DNA from: Escherichia phage UPWr_E1
DNA length: 64,000 bases
Direction: 5' to 3' (one strand)
Sequence record: PP418985.1
The notes under the pieces are model-generated. The model was not told the origin of the DNA, made no database searches, and saw only the letters and a list, made by a program, of their open reading frames with translations. Shown one piece after another: positions 8,426 to 17,006 of the stretch. The translations under genes were made by a program, and so were the position numbers. Position 1 is the first letter of the stretch; every line of letters starts with the position of its first letter.

Positions 8426-9604
8426 ATGGCTAAATTCTTTGAAGGGCATTACTATGCATTCCGTGAAGGCGGTAAAGATGAGTTTCTAGATTTTTCTCGC
8501 TATTCAACTATTCTGACCGATGCTTCGCGCCGTGGTCATATTCGGGTTGCTGGAATCGTAGAAAAGGGCTTTAAAGTATTAGAAAAAGATGACCACGGTC
8601 ATGTTGTTACTATTGAAGCTGGTGATGTGGTTTATTCCGCTAAGGATATTGTGGATTATTGGGCTACTATGATCATGCACAATGAGCGCAAATACTTTAA
8701 ACGTATCTCAAAAGAGACATACGAAGCAATGAATAAGAAAGAGGATGTAATGCCGACCTACTTTGAAAAAGGTAAATGTTATTCATTCACTCCAGAAGGT
8801 TTGCAAGAATTTAAGCGATTCTGGGGAGAGCATGATCCAGAACACAAAGAAGCCATGAAACTTGTTGATTTTGTTGAGTATGGCTTTTTAGTTGAAGAAG
8901 AATTTCACGGATCAGCTACCATGATCACCGCGAAAGATGAAACCGTCAAGGCAGAACGTTTTTGTGACCAATGGAATTGCTTGTTTGATGGTAGCGAATT
9001 TGAATACTTCGCAGAGATCACCCGCGCTGAATATACCCGTATGCAAGAACGTGGTCAGAGATTTAAAGTAGGCGAACGCTACAAGCCAAATCCACATAAT
9101 TTGCCTCATTGGTTTAACACTGAAACCGTATCAAGTCATGTTATTGAAATTGTTCAAACGCTGGAACATGGATTTAAGGTAACTAAAGTAGATTCTTTCG
9201 GAAGTGTTGACGCGGTTGAAGTTGATGGTGTAGAATATACTCCTAAATCTTTTGGGCTTTGCTGGTATCACCTGATCAGCAATGATGAACGTTATTACTT
9301 TGTTGAACTGCCATCTGAACCGGAAGAAGCACTAGAAGATCATGATCATCTGTCTGAACTGGTTAAACTGTTTGGTGATCTGCCGGGTGGTGTAGGGGTG
9401 GCGGTAATGGGTGAAGGTGCTGTTATTCGCAACCTGAAAGACCTTAAAAAGTTCTTGTTCGACATGCTGCCTAAACTCGATGAGAATCTAGATACAGATA
9501 TTCAGAATCGCAAAGAAATTGTTAAAGAGACTGAAAAAGAGATCGAAGAGATTCGAGCAATTCGCCAGAAGGTGAAAGCAGTAAAGAAAAAAGTTAGTGC
9601 TTGA
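8426..9604 (+). CDS. repeat-domain family protein (3 modules + C-terminal helical region, 392 aa)
   Basis: Stem-loop promoter 8366-8400; internal repeats each ending ERKYFKRI / EFEYFAEI / ERYYFVEL. Confidence 0.65.
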   Translation: MAKFFEGHYYAFREGGKDEFLDFSRYSTILTDASRRGHIRVAGIVEKGFKVLEKDDHGHVVTIEAGDVVYSAKDIVDYWATMIMHNERKYFKRISKETYEAMNKKEDVMPTYFEKGKCYSFTPEGLQEFKRFWGEHDPEHKEAMKLVDFVEYGFLVEEEFHGSATMITAKDETVKAERFCDQWNCLFDGSEFEYFAEITRAEYTRMQERGQRFKVGERYKPNPHNLPHWFNTETVSSHVIEIVQTLEHGFKVTKVDSFGSVDAVEVDGVEYTPKSFGLCWYHLISNDERYYFVELPSEPEEALEDHDHLSELVKLFGDLPGGVGVAVMGEGAVIRNLKDLKKFLFDMLPKLDENLDTDIQNRKEIVKETEKEIEEIRAIRQKVKAVKKKVSA

Positions 9605-9634
9605 CATGCAAAGGGAGTATGCTATAATACTCCC
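9601..9634 (+). promoter_or_regulatory. early promoter with -10 inside hairpin loop (type II)
   Basis: TTGACA 9601-9606; GGGAGTAT 9613-9620 / ATACTCCC 9627-9634; TATAAT 9623-9628. Confidence 0.75.
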
Positions 9635-9658
9635 ACTTAACAACGAGAGGATTATATT

Positions 9659-10153
9659 ATGTGGGTACAAGATATTTGGTATACTGTAACTAAAGAAAAC
9701 CTTGACGCATTCAGCGACCAATCTTGCGCTAATAGCTCAATTGCTGGTATCCTTACTGATGTGTTTGGGGGTGTAGATAAAATTCGTTTTAAAGTTGTTG
9801 TTAGTTCGCTGGGTCAGGTGAAAGATCTTTACACCGACGATAAAGACCTTGATCTTAAACTTCGTCTTCGTATTGAAAATGCAAGTCTAGGTTATTGGTT
9901 TGAAGATAACGAATATGAATACTTCACACCAGCAATTAAAGTTTTTGCAACTAAACTGGAAGCTGTACTGAATCTTCGACCAATTAATGTTGACGGGTAC
10001 ATTATTAAAAATCTTCAGGAGTGGGATTCATATCTAGCTCAAGTTATCCGTAACAGCAAGCAGGAAGCCGCTAATAAGAAACGACAAGAGATCAAACAGC
10101 TTAAAGCTGAACTAGAAGCGGCAGAAAAAGAATTAGCAGAACTGGTAAAATAA
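9659..10153 (+). CDS. hypothetical protein with C-terminal coiled coil (164 aa)
   Basis: Stem-loop promoter 9601-9634; terminator 10163-10185 downstream. Confidence 0.6.
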   Translation: MWVQDIWYTVTKENLDAFSDQSCANSSIAGILTDVFGGVDKIRFKVVVSSLGQVKDLYTDDKDLDLKLRLRIENASLGYWFEDNEYEYFTPAIKVFATKLEAVLNLRPINVDGYIIKNLQEWDSYLAQVIRNSKQEAANKKRQEIKQLKAELEAAEKELAELVK

Positions 10154-10162
10154 CTATCAACG

Positions 10163-10185
10163 AGCGGGAGAAATCCCGCTTTTTC
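10163..10185 (+). terminator. intrinsic terminator
   Basis: AGCGGGA-gaaa-TCCCGCT then TTTTT. Confidence 0.8.
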
Positions 10186-10197
10186 ATAGGTGATACA

Positions 10198-12060
10198 ATG
10201 GAAAAACTAATCAAAGACATTACAGAAATCGCAACGGGTAAAGAAAACGAAGTAAGCAAAGAGAACGCGAACAAAGACGCGCGAACATTCCCGACACGTC
10301 GAGATCTGATTGCTGGTGCTGTGTCTAAACAGATTGCTAAAACCGTGTTACCTGAGCACATCTATAAAGCGCATGTAGACGGTGATATTCATTATCATGA
10401 TATGGATTATGCACCCGCTATGCCGTTTACTAACTGCTGTCTTGTTAATCTCAAAGACATGTTAGAGAATGGTTTTAAATTGGGTAGTGCACAAATCGAA
10501 AGTCCGAAATCAATCGGTGTTGCATGTGCTGTAACCGCTCAAATTATCGCACAGGTGGCAAGTCATCAATATGGCGGAACTACCATAGCAAACATTGATC
10601 AGGTTTTAGCGCCATACGTTGAGAAAACATATCATAAACACCTTGCTGATGCCGAAACCTACGGAATCAAAGCTGATACTCTCTATGCACAAGAGAAGAC
10701 AGAAAAAGAAACGCTAGACGGATATCAGGCGTTGGAATATGAGATCAACACTTTGTTCTCTACCAATGGTCAAACGCCTTTTGTGACTTTAACATTTGGT
10801 ATGGGTACTAGCTGGGAAGAAAAACTGATTCAGAAAGCGATCCTGAACGTTCGAACTAAAGGTTTAGGTAAAGATGGTATCACTCCGGTGTTTCCTAAGC
10901 TGGTGATGTTCTTAGAAGAAGGATTAAACCTTAAACCGGAAGATCCGAACTACGACATTAAGCAACTTGCATTGGAATGTTCTAGTAAGCGTCTTTACCC
11001 TGATTATATCTCTGCGAAGAATAACCGTAGTATCACTGGATCTAGTGTTCCGGTTAGCCCGATGGGTTGTCGTAGCTTCCTGGGTGTGTGGCATAATGAG
11101 AAAGGCGAAGAAGTATTAGACGGACGTAATAACTTAGGTGTTGTGACTCTGAATCTTCCGCGTATTGCTCTTATTGCCGCGCGTCGTGCTGGTAAAGCGT
11201 CTGTAATGCGCAGAATTGAGCTATTCGAACAAGAGCTAGCTAATCGTATGCCTATTTGCTTTGATGCGCTCATGAGTCGCGTAGACGCTTTAAAAGGCGC
11301 TAAAGCCAATGTTGCTCCTGTACTGTATACCGAAGGTGCATTTTTCCGTATTCATCAAAACGATGAAATTTTGGAAGTGCTGAAAGATGGTCGCGCTAGT
11401 ATCTCTCTTGGTTATATTGGTTTACATGAGGTATTGAGCGTCCTGTTTGGTGTCCATCCGTTTGATTCGGAAGATGCGCAGCGATACGGTAAACATATTC
11501 TTAAGATCTTGCGTCATTATACTGAAAAATGGAAGGACGAAACCGGACTTGGGTTTAGTCTTTACGGTACGCCAGCCGAGAGCCTTTGTTATCGATTTAA
11601 TCGACTTGACCGAGAGCAATTTGGTATTATTAAGGGTGCTACCGATAAAGACTGGTACACCAACTCATTCCACCTTGACGTAGACCGGAAGGTTACACCG
11701 TTTGAGAAAATCGACTTTGAGAAAGATTATCACTGGCTGGCGTCCGGTGGCATGATCTCTTATGTTGAGTTCCCAGACATGAAAAACAACCTGAAAGGTC
11801 TTGAAACTGTAGTAGACTATGCAATGGATAAATTGCACTACTTCGGTGTTAATACCCCTTCTGATGTGTGTCATGTATGCGGATCTACTAAGGAAATGAG
11901 AGCGACCGAGTTTGGTTTTGTTTGTCCTGATTGCGGCAATGATAATCTGGAAAAAATGAATGTTATCCGTCGCGTTAGTGGATATCTTGGATCTGTTGAT
12001 CTGCGTCCATTTAACCACGGGAAACACTCTGAGATGGTAAACCGCGTTAAGCATATGTAA
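10198..12060 (+). CDS. nrdD: anaerobic ribonucleoside-triphosphate reductase (class III)
   Basis: 620 aa; C-terminal glycyl-radical region and zinc ribbon (CHVCG...CPDCG); no intron interruption. Confidence 0.92.
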   Translation: MEKLIKDITEIATGKENEVSKENANKDARTFPTRRDLIAGAVSKQIAKTVLPEHIYKAHVDGDIHYHDMDYAPAMPFTNCCLVNLKDMLENGFKLGSAQIESPKSIGVACAVTAQIIAQVASHQYGGTTIANIDQVLAPYVEKTYHKHLADAETYGIKADTLYAQEKTEKETLDGYQALEYEINTLFSTNGQTPFVTLTFGMGTSWEEKLIQKAILNVRTKGLGKDGITPVFPKLVMFLEEGLNLKPEDPNYDIKQLALECSSKRLYPDYISAKNNRSITGSSVPVSPMGCRSFLGVWHNEKGEEVLDGRNNLGVVTLNLPRIALIAARRAGKASVMRRIELFEQELANRMPICFDALMSRVDALKGAKANVAPVLYTEGAFFRIHQNDEILEVLKDGRASISLGYIGLHEVLSVLFGVHPFDSEDAQRYGKHILKILRHYTEKWKDETGLGFSLYGTPAESLCYRFNRLDREQFGIIKGATDKDWYTNSFHLDVDRKVTPFEKIDFEKDYHWLASGGMISYVEFPDMKNNLKGLETVVDYAMDKLHYFGVNTPSDVCHVCGSTKEMRATEFGFVCPDCGNDNLEKMNVIRRVSGYLGSVDLRPFNHGKHSEMVNRVKHM

Positions 12061-12066
12061 TTTTCA

Positions 12067-12098
12067 GCCGATCCGAAAGGGTCGGCTTTTTCGTTTTT
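12067..12098 (+). terminator. intrinsic terminator after nrdD
   Basis: 8-bp stem GCCGATCC / GGGTCGGC with GAAA loop, then TTTTTCGTTTTT. Confidence 0.8.
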
Positions 12099-12103
12099 AG
12101 GTG

Positions 12104-12131
12104 TTGACAATCTTGTTAGCTCATGTATAAT
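12104..12131 (+). promoter_or_regulatory. sigma70-type early promoter (extended -10)
   Basis: TTGACA 12104-12109; TGTATAAT 12124-12131. Confidence 0.7.
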
Positions 12132-12163
12132 GCACATATCGAAAACAAAGAGAGGATAACATT

Positions 12164-12700
12164 ATGTTTTGTGTACTGAATAAAGAAATTAAAATTCGCA
12201 AGTTAGAAATTGGTGATGGTGTAGTTGTTAAAATGCACGCTAGCACACTGGCTAGCTTTGGTACAAAAGAAAGTTTCTTTATTATGGGAACTGTTGTTAA
12301 TATCTGCTGGAGTAAAGGCGAAGGCACACAAATCCGTAGTTTTTGTGTCGTTGACGAAGATAATAATCTGTATGTGATTCGCTATCAGAATCAATCTGTA
12401 TTGGTTTATACCGATAATTCACGAGAACTGTATACGCTGGACTTTGCTAAACTATGTGATTGTGATAAAAAGATTCAGGCGTACCACACAGAAGGCTGTT
12501 TTGGTGTTGGCGTCGAAGAGGAAGAGTACATCCCATTGGAAGTCGGGGCAGAAATTAAACATAGTGCCACGGATCGTATTTTTACGGTTGTTGCTGTTAA
12601 TGCAACTCAATTTGTAGCACAAGCACATAATACGGGATTCGTTATCTATGACATTGGTAATGCAAGTTCTCATTTTGAGGGCGTACAATTTCGTTTATAA
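12164..12700 (+). CDS. hypothetical protein (178 aa)
   Basis: Promoter 12104-12131; ATG 12164 after AGAGGATAACATT. Confidence 0.55.
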   Translation: MFCVLNKEIKIRKLEIGDGVVVKMHASTLASFGTKESFFIMGTVVNICWSKGEGTQIRSFCVVDEDNNLYVIRYQNQSVLVYTDNSRELYTLDFAKLCDCDKKIQAYHTEGCFGVGVEEEEYIPLEVGAEIKHSATDRIFTVVAVNATQFVAQAHNTGFVIYDIGNASSHFEGVQFRL

Positions 12701-12712
12701 TGTGAGGTGATT

Positions 12713-13243
12713 ATGTCTAAGTTATTGAATCGTAAGCGTAAAGCACAACGACACAAAGAACGAGCTAAAAAGATTGCTATTGAACTCTGTGAGCGTGAGG
12801 ATAGCTATTTGTCTACTGGTCGTTTGCATACATTCCATGCATTGATTGATGGTAAGCCAGTGTTGCATAATCATGATTGCTTGGCACTGTTTCACGAAAT
12901 CGAACCAATTCATCGTGAATGGGATGACAACAAAGCAAAAGGTCAATATTTCCTTACTTGTTCGTGCGGTCATGCTGGATGTGCTGGATATTGGGAACCT
13001 GTTACTATCCGCGAGAAAAATGATACTATTCAATGGGTTGCCCGTACCCGCGATGGTTATGATAAAGGTGCTGATTGTACTGGTGATAACGTAGTTTACT
13101 TTAATCGTGATTGGTATTATATGGCGCGATGTATGATCCTGTTTTATCTTGACTCGATGCCGTATGAATATTTCAGTTTCCAGAATGGGACCGAACTTAC
13201 TGGTAGAGAATGGTCTGAATACATTCGAAAAAATTTAAAATAA
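12713..13243 (+). CDS. hypothetical protein, basic N-terminus, Cys/His cluster (176 aa)
   Basis: ATG 12713 after GTGAGGTGATT; CSCGHAGCAGYW motif. Confidence 0.55.
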   Translation: MSKLLNRKRKAQRHKERAKKIAIELCEREDSYLSTGRLHTFHALIDGKPVLHNHDCLALFHEIEPIHREWDDNKAKGQYFLTCSCGHAGCAGYWEPVTIREKNDTIQWVARTRDGYDKGADCTGDNVVYFNRDWYYMARCMILFYLDSMPYEYFSFQNGTELTGREWSEYIRKNLK

Positions 13244-13247
13244 ACGC

Positions 13248-13276
13248 TTGACGGGGATCGCGAGATCCCCTATACT
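13248..13276 (+). promoter_or_regulatory. early promoter with spacer stem-loop (type I)
   Basis: TTGACG 13248-13253; GGGGATC-gcga-GATCCCC 13253-13270; TATACT 13271-13276. Confidence 0.75.
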
Positions 13277-13318
13277 ATATTCATCAAGACGAGATACAAC
13301 TTTACAGGAGAATCAAAT

Positions 13319-13471
13319 ATGTGGACTTTACTGATTTGGGAAACTGAAAACGCACAAGTAGAAATCCGTGAATACGAATACCTAAGCCCAGCTTATCTAT
13401 TGGCATCTCGCGGTGGTTACTATAAAGCGCAGATTGTAAACGAGTTCGGGGTAATTGAATATGAGTTCTGA
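13319..13471 (+). CDS. hypothetical small protein (50 aa, not in ORF track)
   Basis: ATG 13319 after AGGAGAATCAAAT downstream of stem-loop promoter 13248-13276; overlaps nrdG start by 11 nt. Confidence 0.4.
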   Translation: MWTLLIWETENAQVEIREYEYLSPAYLLASRGGYYKAQIVNEFGVIEYEF

Positions 13472-13964
13472 TACATACGGCAAACTACGCTATGCCGATA
13501 TTAAAGATTGTGATATGGTTAACGGTGAGGGAGTGAGAGTCTCCCTTTACGTTACCGGATGTTCACACGCATGTGATGGTTGCTTTAATGCTAGCCTACT
13601 CAATCCTAAGAACGGGGAACCATTCACCGATGATACAATGGGATTGGTTTTGGATCTGCTTAGACCGGATTTTATTCAGGGGCTAACCTTCTTAGGTGGT
13701 GATCCGTTGTATAAACGAAATTTAAAGGGTGTACAACGGATCATTGATGAAGTAAAATCATGGATGCCAAATAAAGATATTTGGCTATGGTCCGGTTATA
13801 CCCTTGACCAATTGAATGATGAGCAAAGAAAAATTATAGAATCAGTTGACATGTTCATCGATGGTCGGTATATTAAAGACATGCCAACGAAGAAGCCGTG
13901 GCGGGGGTCTGACAATCAAGTACAATACAAGATTGTTGATAATATCCCAGTGAAAATTATTTGA
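13461..13964 (+). CDS. nrdG: anaerobic ribonucleotide reductase activating protein (radical SAM)
   Basis: Cys cluster CSHACDGC; size about 167 aa; track start 13455 is TTG, ATG 13461 preferred. Confidence 0.85.
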   Translation: MSSDTYGKLRYADIKDCDMVNGEGVRVSLYVTGCSHACDGCFNASLLNPKNGEPFTDDTMGLVLDLLRPDFIQGLTFLGGDPLYKRNLKGVQRIIDEVKSWMPNKDIWLWSGYTLDQLNDEQRKIIESVDMFIDGRYIKDMPTKKPWRGSDNQVQYKIVDNIPVKII

Positions 13965-13974
13965 GGTGATTATT

Positions 13975-14463
13975 ATGAAATGGGAATTGGGTAAGATGTA
14001 CACTCTTGATGGTGACGAGAAGAAAGCAGAATTTACCAAATCGGAACTGTCAATAAACCGTCAAGTTGCCGAGTTTCTTGATGGGCGTCCTTTTACCGTC
14101 GAGGCTATGAGTAATGAGGGTCATGTTCTTGAAATCTCGTTAAGTGATGGTAAATGTATTTCTGTTCTGGACACTCCAATTGGTGCACATGGCGCGTGGT
14201 TTTGGGCTGGTGAACGTCGATTCTTTAAAGAAGTTAAAGAACCGGATTTAACCTTAGAACGTCTGGGTCTGCTTATGGAAGCCTACGACATTCAGTTAAT
14301 CGACAAGACGGGTCTACAACATAGTATTGCCAAAATTACTACCCTAGAAGGTATTAAGAGCGTTCTAAATGGTATGCCTAGCCGGATCGGTGCTATCCGC
14401 GAATACAAGCAAACGCGCGACCGTATGATCCAATTAGAATCACGTATCAAAAATGAGAGATAA
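13975..14463 (+). CDS. repeat-domain family protein (MKWExGK module + helical C-terminus)
   Basis: ATG 13975 after GAGGTGATTATT; MKWELGKMY...DGRPFTV...ERRFFKEV. Confidence 0.6.
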   Translation: MKWELGKMYTLDGDEKKAEFTKSELSINRQVAEFLDGRPFTVEAMSNEGHVLEISLSDGKCISVLDTPIGAHGAWFWAGERRFFKEVKEPDLTLERLGLLMEAYDIQLIDKTGLQHSIAKITTLEGIKSVLNGMPSRIGAIREYKQTRDRMIQLESRIKNER

Positions 14464-14467
14464 TATT

Positions 14468-14953
14468 ATGAAATGGGAAGAAGGTAAGACCTATGTGTTG
14501 GTTGGCGAGTACGAAAAGCGTATTTTGCGTGATTGTTGGCGTTACGAACAAAGACCTAATATTGATGGCAGGTTTACATATCTCGATAAACCATTTATTG
14601 TTGCTACGGTAGACCGTTGGGGTAATGTGCGTTCAATCTATAATCACGAAGGGGATTATATTAGTTCTATCGATATTGGTGATAATATATGGTTTTCCGA
14701 TGGCGACCGAGCGTGCTTCAAAGAAGTTTTATTACCTGGCCATGAACATGATCTAATCGATCTTCTCAAATTGGCGATGGATAATTATAAAATTCGTTTT
14801 GAATGCAAATCACATGCGGCTATCGGTGCTAACGCCTTGCGTCATATCTCCAGTTTTGAAGAGTTGAAAGATTTTCTTGACAAAATGCCGGAAAGAGTTC
14901 AAGCTATACAGGAAGCTGAGAAAGCGTTAAACGAACTTGATAAAATCGGTTAA
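14468..14953 (+). CDS. repeat-domain family protein
   Basis: MKWEEGKTY...DKPFIV...DRACFKEV; ATG 14468. Confidence 0.6.
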   Translation: MKWEEGKTYVLVGEYEKRILRDCWRYEQRPNIDGRFTYLDKPFIVATVDRWGNVRSIYNHEGDYISSIDIGDNIWFSDGDRACFKEVLLPGHEHDLIDLLKLAMDNYKIRFECKSHAAIGANALRHISSFEELKDFLDKMPERVQAIQEAEKALNELDKIG

Positions 14954-14965
14954 GAGGATTATATT

Positions 14966-15799
14966 ATGAAATGGGAAATTGGTAAAACTTACACTTGGAA
15001 AGATGAAAACGCTAAAACTGCGTTTATTGCTAACATAGAAGGTGTTCTTTCTCCGCTTAATAGCGATATTAGCGAAGCTATTGGCGACAAGCCATTTACA
15101 ATCATCGAGATCGAGGGTAATGGTTGGATTGATGTAATAGAGCTAGACGGTGTTTATCATACGGCGAAAACTGCTACAGGAAAAGACATTTGGACATCAA
15201 CATATTTCTTTAGTCCATTCGATAGAAAATTCTTTCGTGAAGTTGAAGAAGTTCCTCCTAAATGGGAAGTTGGTAAAACTTATATTTGGAAGGATGTAAA
15301 CGCAAAAGTGACGTTTTCTCACTGTTCTAATATCAACCGTAAAATTGCTGATTGGATAGGAGATGAGACTTTTACGGTATCTTCCGTTGATTCTGTTGGT
15401 TTCGTTACTATGATCGACGTCAATAATGATAATGCTTGTGGAACATTTAATCCTCATTCAGCTGGTGTTGATGATGATGTTGATGCTGTGTGGTTTGTTG
15501 GGCTTGAACGAAAATATTTTCGTGAAGTTGAAACAGTGAAAGAACCAGAAGAAAAGGTGAACGATGATTCTAAGATCGTTGGACAGTTGAAACGTCTGTT
15601 TAGTAGTCGTTATGGCCTGACAATGGTTAAATTTGGCGAAGCAAATGAAGGTAAAACCTTTGAACGTTTCGATGATTTCATTGCAGCACTTGACAAAATG
15701 GACGAAATCATGCAAGATCGCCAGAAGATTAAAGACCTTCAAGAAGATATTAAACGTCGTGAAGTTGAATTTTTGATTGGTAAAGAGCGAGGTTGGTAA
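14966..15799 (+). CDS. repeat-domain family protein (2 tandem modules + helical C-terminus, 277 aa)
   Basis: MKWEIGKTYTW...DRKFFREV then KWEVGKTYIW...ERKYFREV; ATG after GAGGATTATATT. Confidence 0.65.
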   Translation: MKWEIGKTYTWKDENAKTAFIANIEGVLSPLNSDISEAIGDKPFTIIEIEGNGWIDVIELDGVYHTAKTATGKDIWTSTYFFSPFDRKFFREVEEVPPKWEVGKTYIWKDVNAKVTFSHCSNINRKIADWIGDETFTVSSVDSVGFVTMIDVNNDNACGTFNPHSAGVDDDVDAVWFVGLERKYFREVETVKEPEEKVNDDSKIVGQLKRLFSSRYGLTMVKFGEANEGKTFERFDDFIAALDKMDEIMQDRQKIKDLQEDIKRREVEFLIGKERGW

Positions 15800-15800
15800 T

Positions 15801-16283
15801 ATGTTTGTTGTCGGTATGACCTATCAGTGGAAAGATAATAAAACGCGCGAAGATTTTACAAACTCTAGCGTTGCAAATGATGCAATAGCAGAGTTTATCG
15901 GCGACCGTCCATTTAAAGTTATTGCGTTTGATCACCATGCACCGGATATCGAATATGTTTCTGTGATTGAAATTGATGGCACGATATACACCTGCCGCAA
16001 TGTTGATGATGTACGTGAATACGCGCACAACTGGTTTTTGCAATCAGAAGAACGTTATTTTAAAGTGGTATCGGCAGAACTGACCACCGATGCAATGTTG
16101 GAACATTTTTTCAACAACTACGAAGTTTCTGTGCGTCGATATGGTGAAGAGGAAGTGTTTAAAATTGATGACTATAATCAATTTAAACGAGTATTTGCCA
16201 CTAAGTTACAGCATGATGTTGAACGCGAACAACGCATCAAGGAACTGGAAGAAGAACTGGAACGATTAAAGGCAGAGAAATGA
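15801..16283 (+). CDS. repeat-domain family protein (1 module + coiled-coil C-terminus)
   Basis: MTYQWKD...DRPFKV...ERYFKVV; ELEEELERLKAEK tail; ATG 15801. Confidence 0.6.
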   Translation: MFVVGMTYQWKDNKTREDFTNSSVANDAIAEFIGDRPFKVIAFDHHAPDIEYVSVIEIDGTIYTCRNVDDVREYAHNWFLQSEERYFKVVSAELTTDAMLEHFFNNYEVSVRRYGEEEVFKIDDYNQFKRVFATKLQHDVEREQRIKELEEELERLKAEK

Positions 16284-16549
16284 TCGAGGTCTACGGCATA
16301 CCTAAAGAGGCTTATCATTGTTATGGCTGTATCAATGCAATGAAGCTACTCGACGATCTGGGTATTCCGTATACACTTAAACCAGTATTCAAGCAGGTCG
16401 GGGTTGACATTATTCCCGACCGTGATATGATTGAAGAACTGGCGGGGAGGCTGAACTCAAAGAGCCTCCGATTTGTATACCCCCAGATATTCATTGACAA
16501 CGAGCACATTGGAGGCTATAAAGAACTGAGGGATATTTATGATTATTGA
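16280..16549 (+). CDS. nrdH: glutaredoxin-like protein (NrdH-like redoxin)
   Basis: CYGC redox motif, PQIFIDNEHIGGY C-terminus; near nrdG as in T4. Confidence 0.7.
   Translation: MIEVYGIPKEAYHCYGCINAMKLLDDLGIPYTLKPVFKQVGVDIIPDRDMIEELAGRLNSKSLRFVYPQIFIDNEHIGGYKELRDIYDY
16396..16431 (+). promoter_or_regulatory. promoter-like element embedded in the nrdH-like coding sequence
   Basis: Hairpin GGTCGGG 16396-16402 / CCCGACC 16415-16421 enclosing TTGACA 16404-16409; TGaTATGAT 16423-16431. Confidence 0.4.
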
Positions 16550-16697
16550 GAATTTAGTTTCGGTGTTCATTATTGCTTTATTTGCTATAATGGCTTTACC
16601 GTTGAAGACGTGTAAACACTGTAAAGGAACAGGATTGCGCGGTGATGGGTGTTGTGCTCATTGTCACGGATCTGGTAAAGTAAGTATCATTAAGTAA
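16539..16697 (+). CDS. small membrane-anchored protein with DnaJ-type zinc-finger repeats (52 aa, not in ORF track)
   Basis: ATG 16539; N-terminal hydrophobic helix then CKHCKGTG and CAHCHGSG (CxxCxGxG x2); embedded promoter-like element 16396-16431 upstream. Confidence 0.4.
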   Translation: MIIENLVSVFIIALFAIMALPLKTCKHCKGTGLRGDGCCAHCHGSGKVSIIK

Positions 16698-16718
16698 TTC
16701 TTGAGTGAGGAATATATT

Positions 16719-17006
16719 ATGTTAGTACACAATGCAATCGCACACATGGTTTACTCTCGATTTGGACGCATGGAAGAAATCAATATTACCGATGCAGATT
16801 TAGATCTGATGCAAGTCGAAGGCCAGACATATCTGAAAAATAACGGCGTGAATATCGGTAAAGCGCGTGTGCGTGAATTGTTGGTTGAATATATTCTCTC
16901 TGAATTTGGCATTAGTGCTTTCGGTGTGAAAGAGATTGCACCTAAGCGCGAAATTTCTGATAAAATGATCAAGAAATGCCAGAAAGCACGACGTAAGGGT
17001 TTCTAA
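16719..17006 (+). CDS. hypothetical protein (95 aa)
   Basis: ATG 16719 after GAGGAATATATT. Confidence 0.5.
   Translation: MLVHNAIAHMVYSRFGRMEEINITDADLDLMQVEGQTYLKNNGVNIGKARVRELLVEYILSEFGISAFGVKEIAPKREISDKMIKKCQKARRKGF

Noticed and set aside
11004-12137. Several minus-strand ORFs (11004-11309, 11422-11619, 11665-12054, 11871-12137) and a + frame ORF 11447-11683
   Set aside because: All inside nrdD on the opposite strand or in an alternative frame; nrdD is strongly supported.
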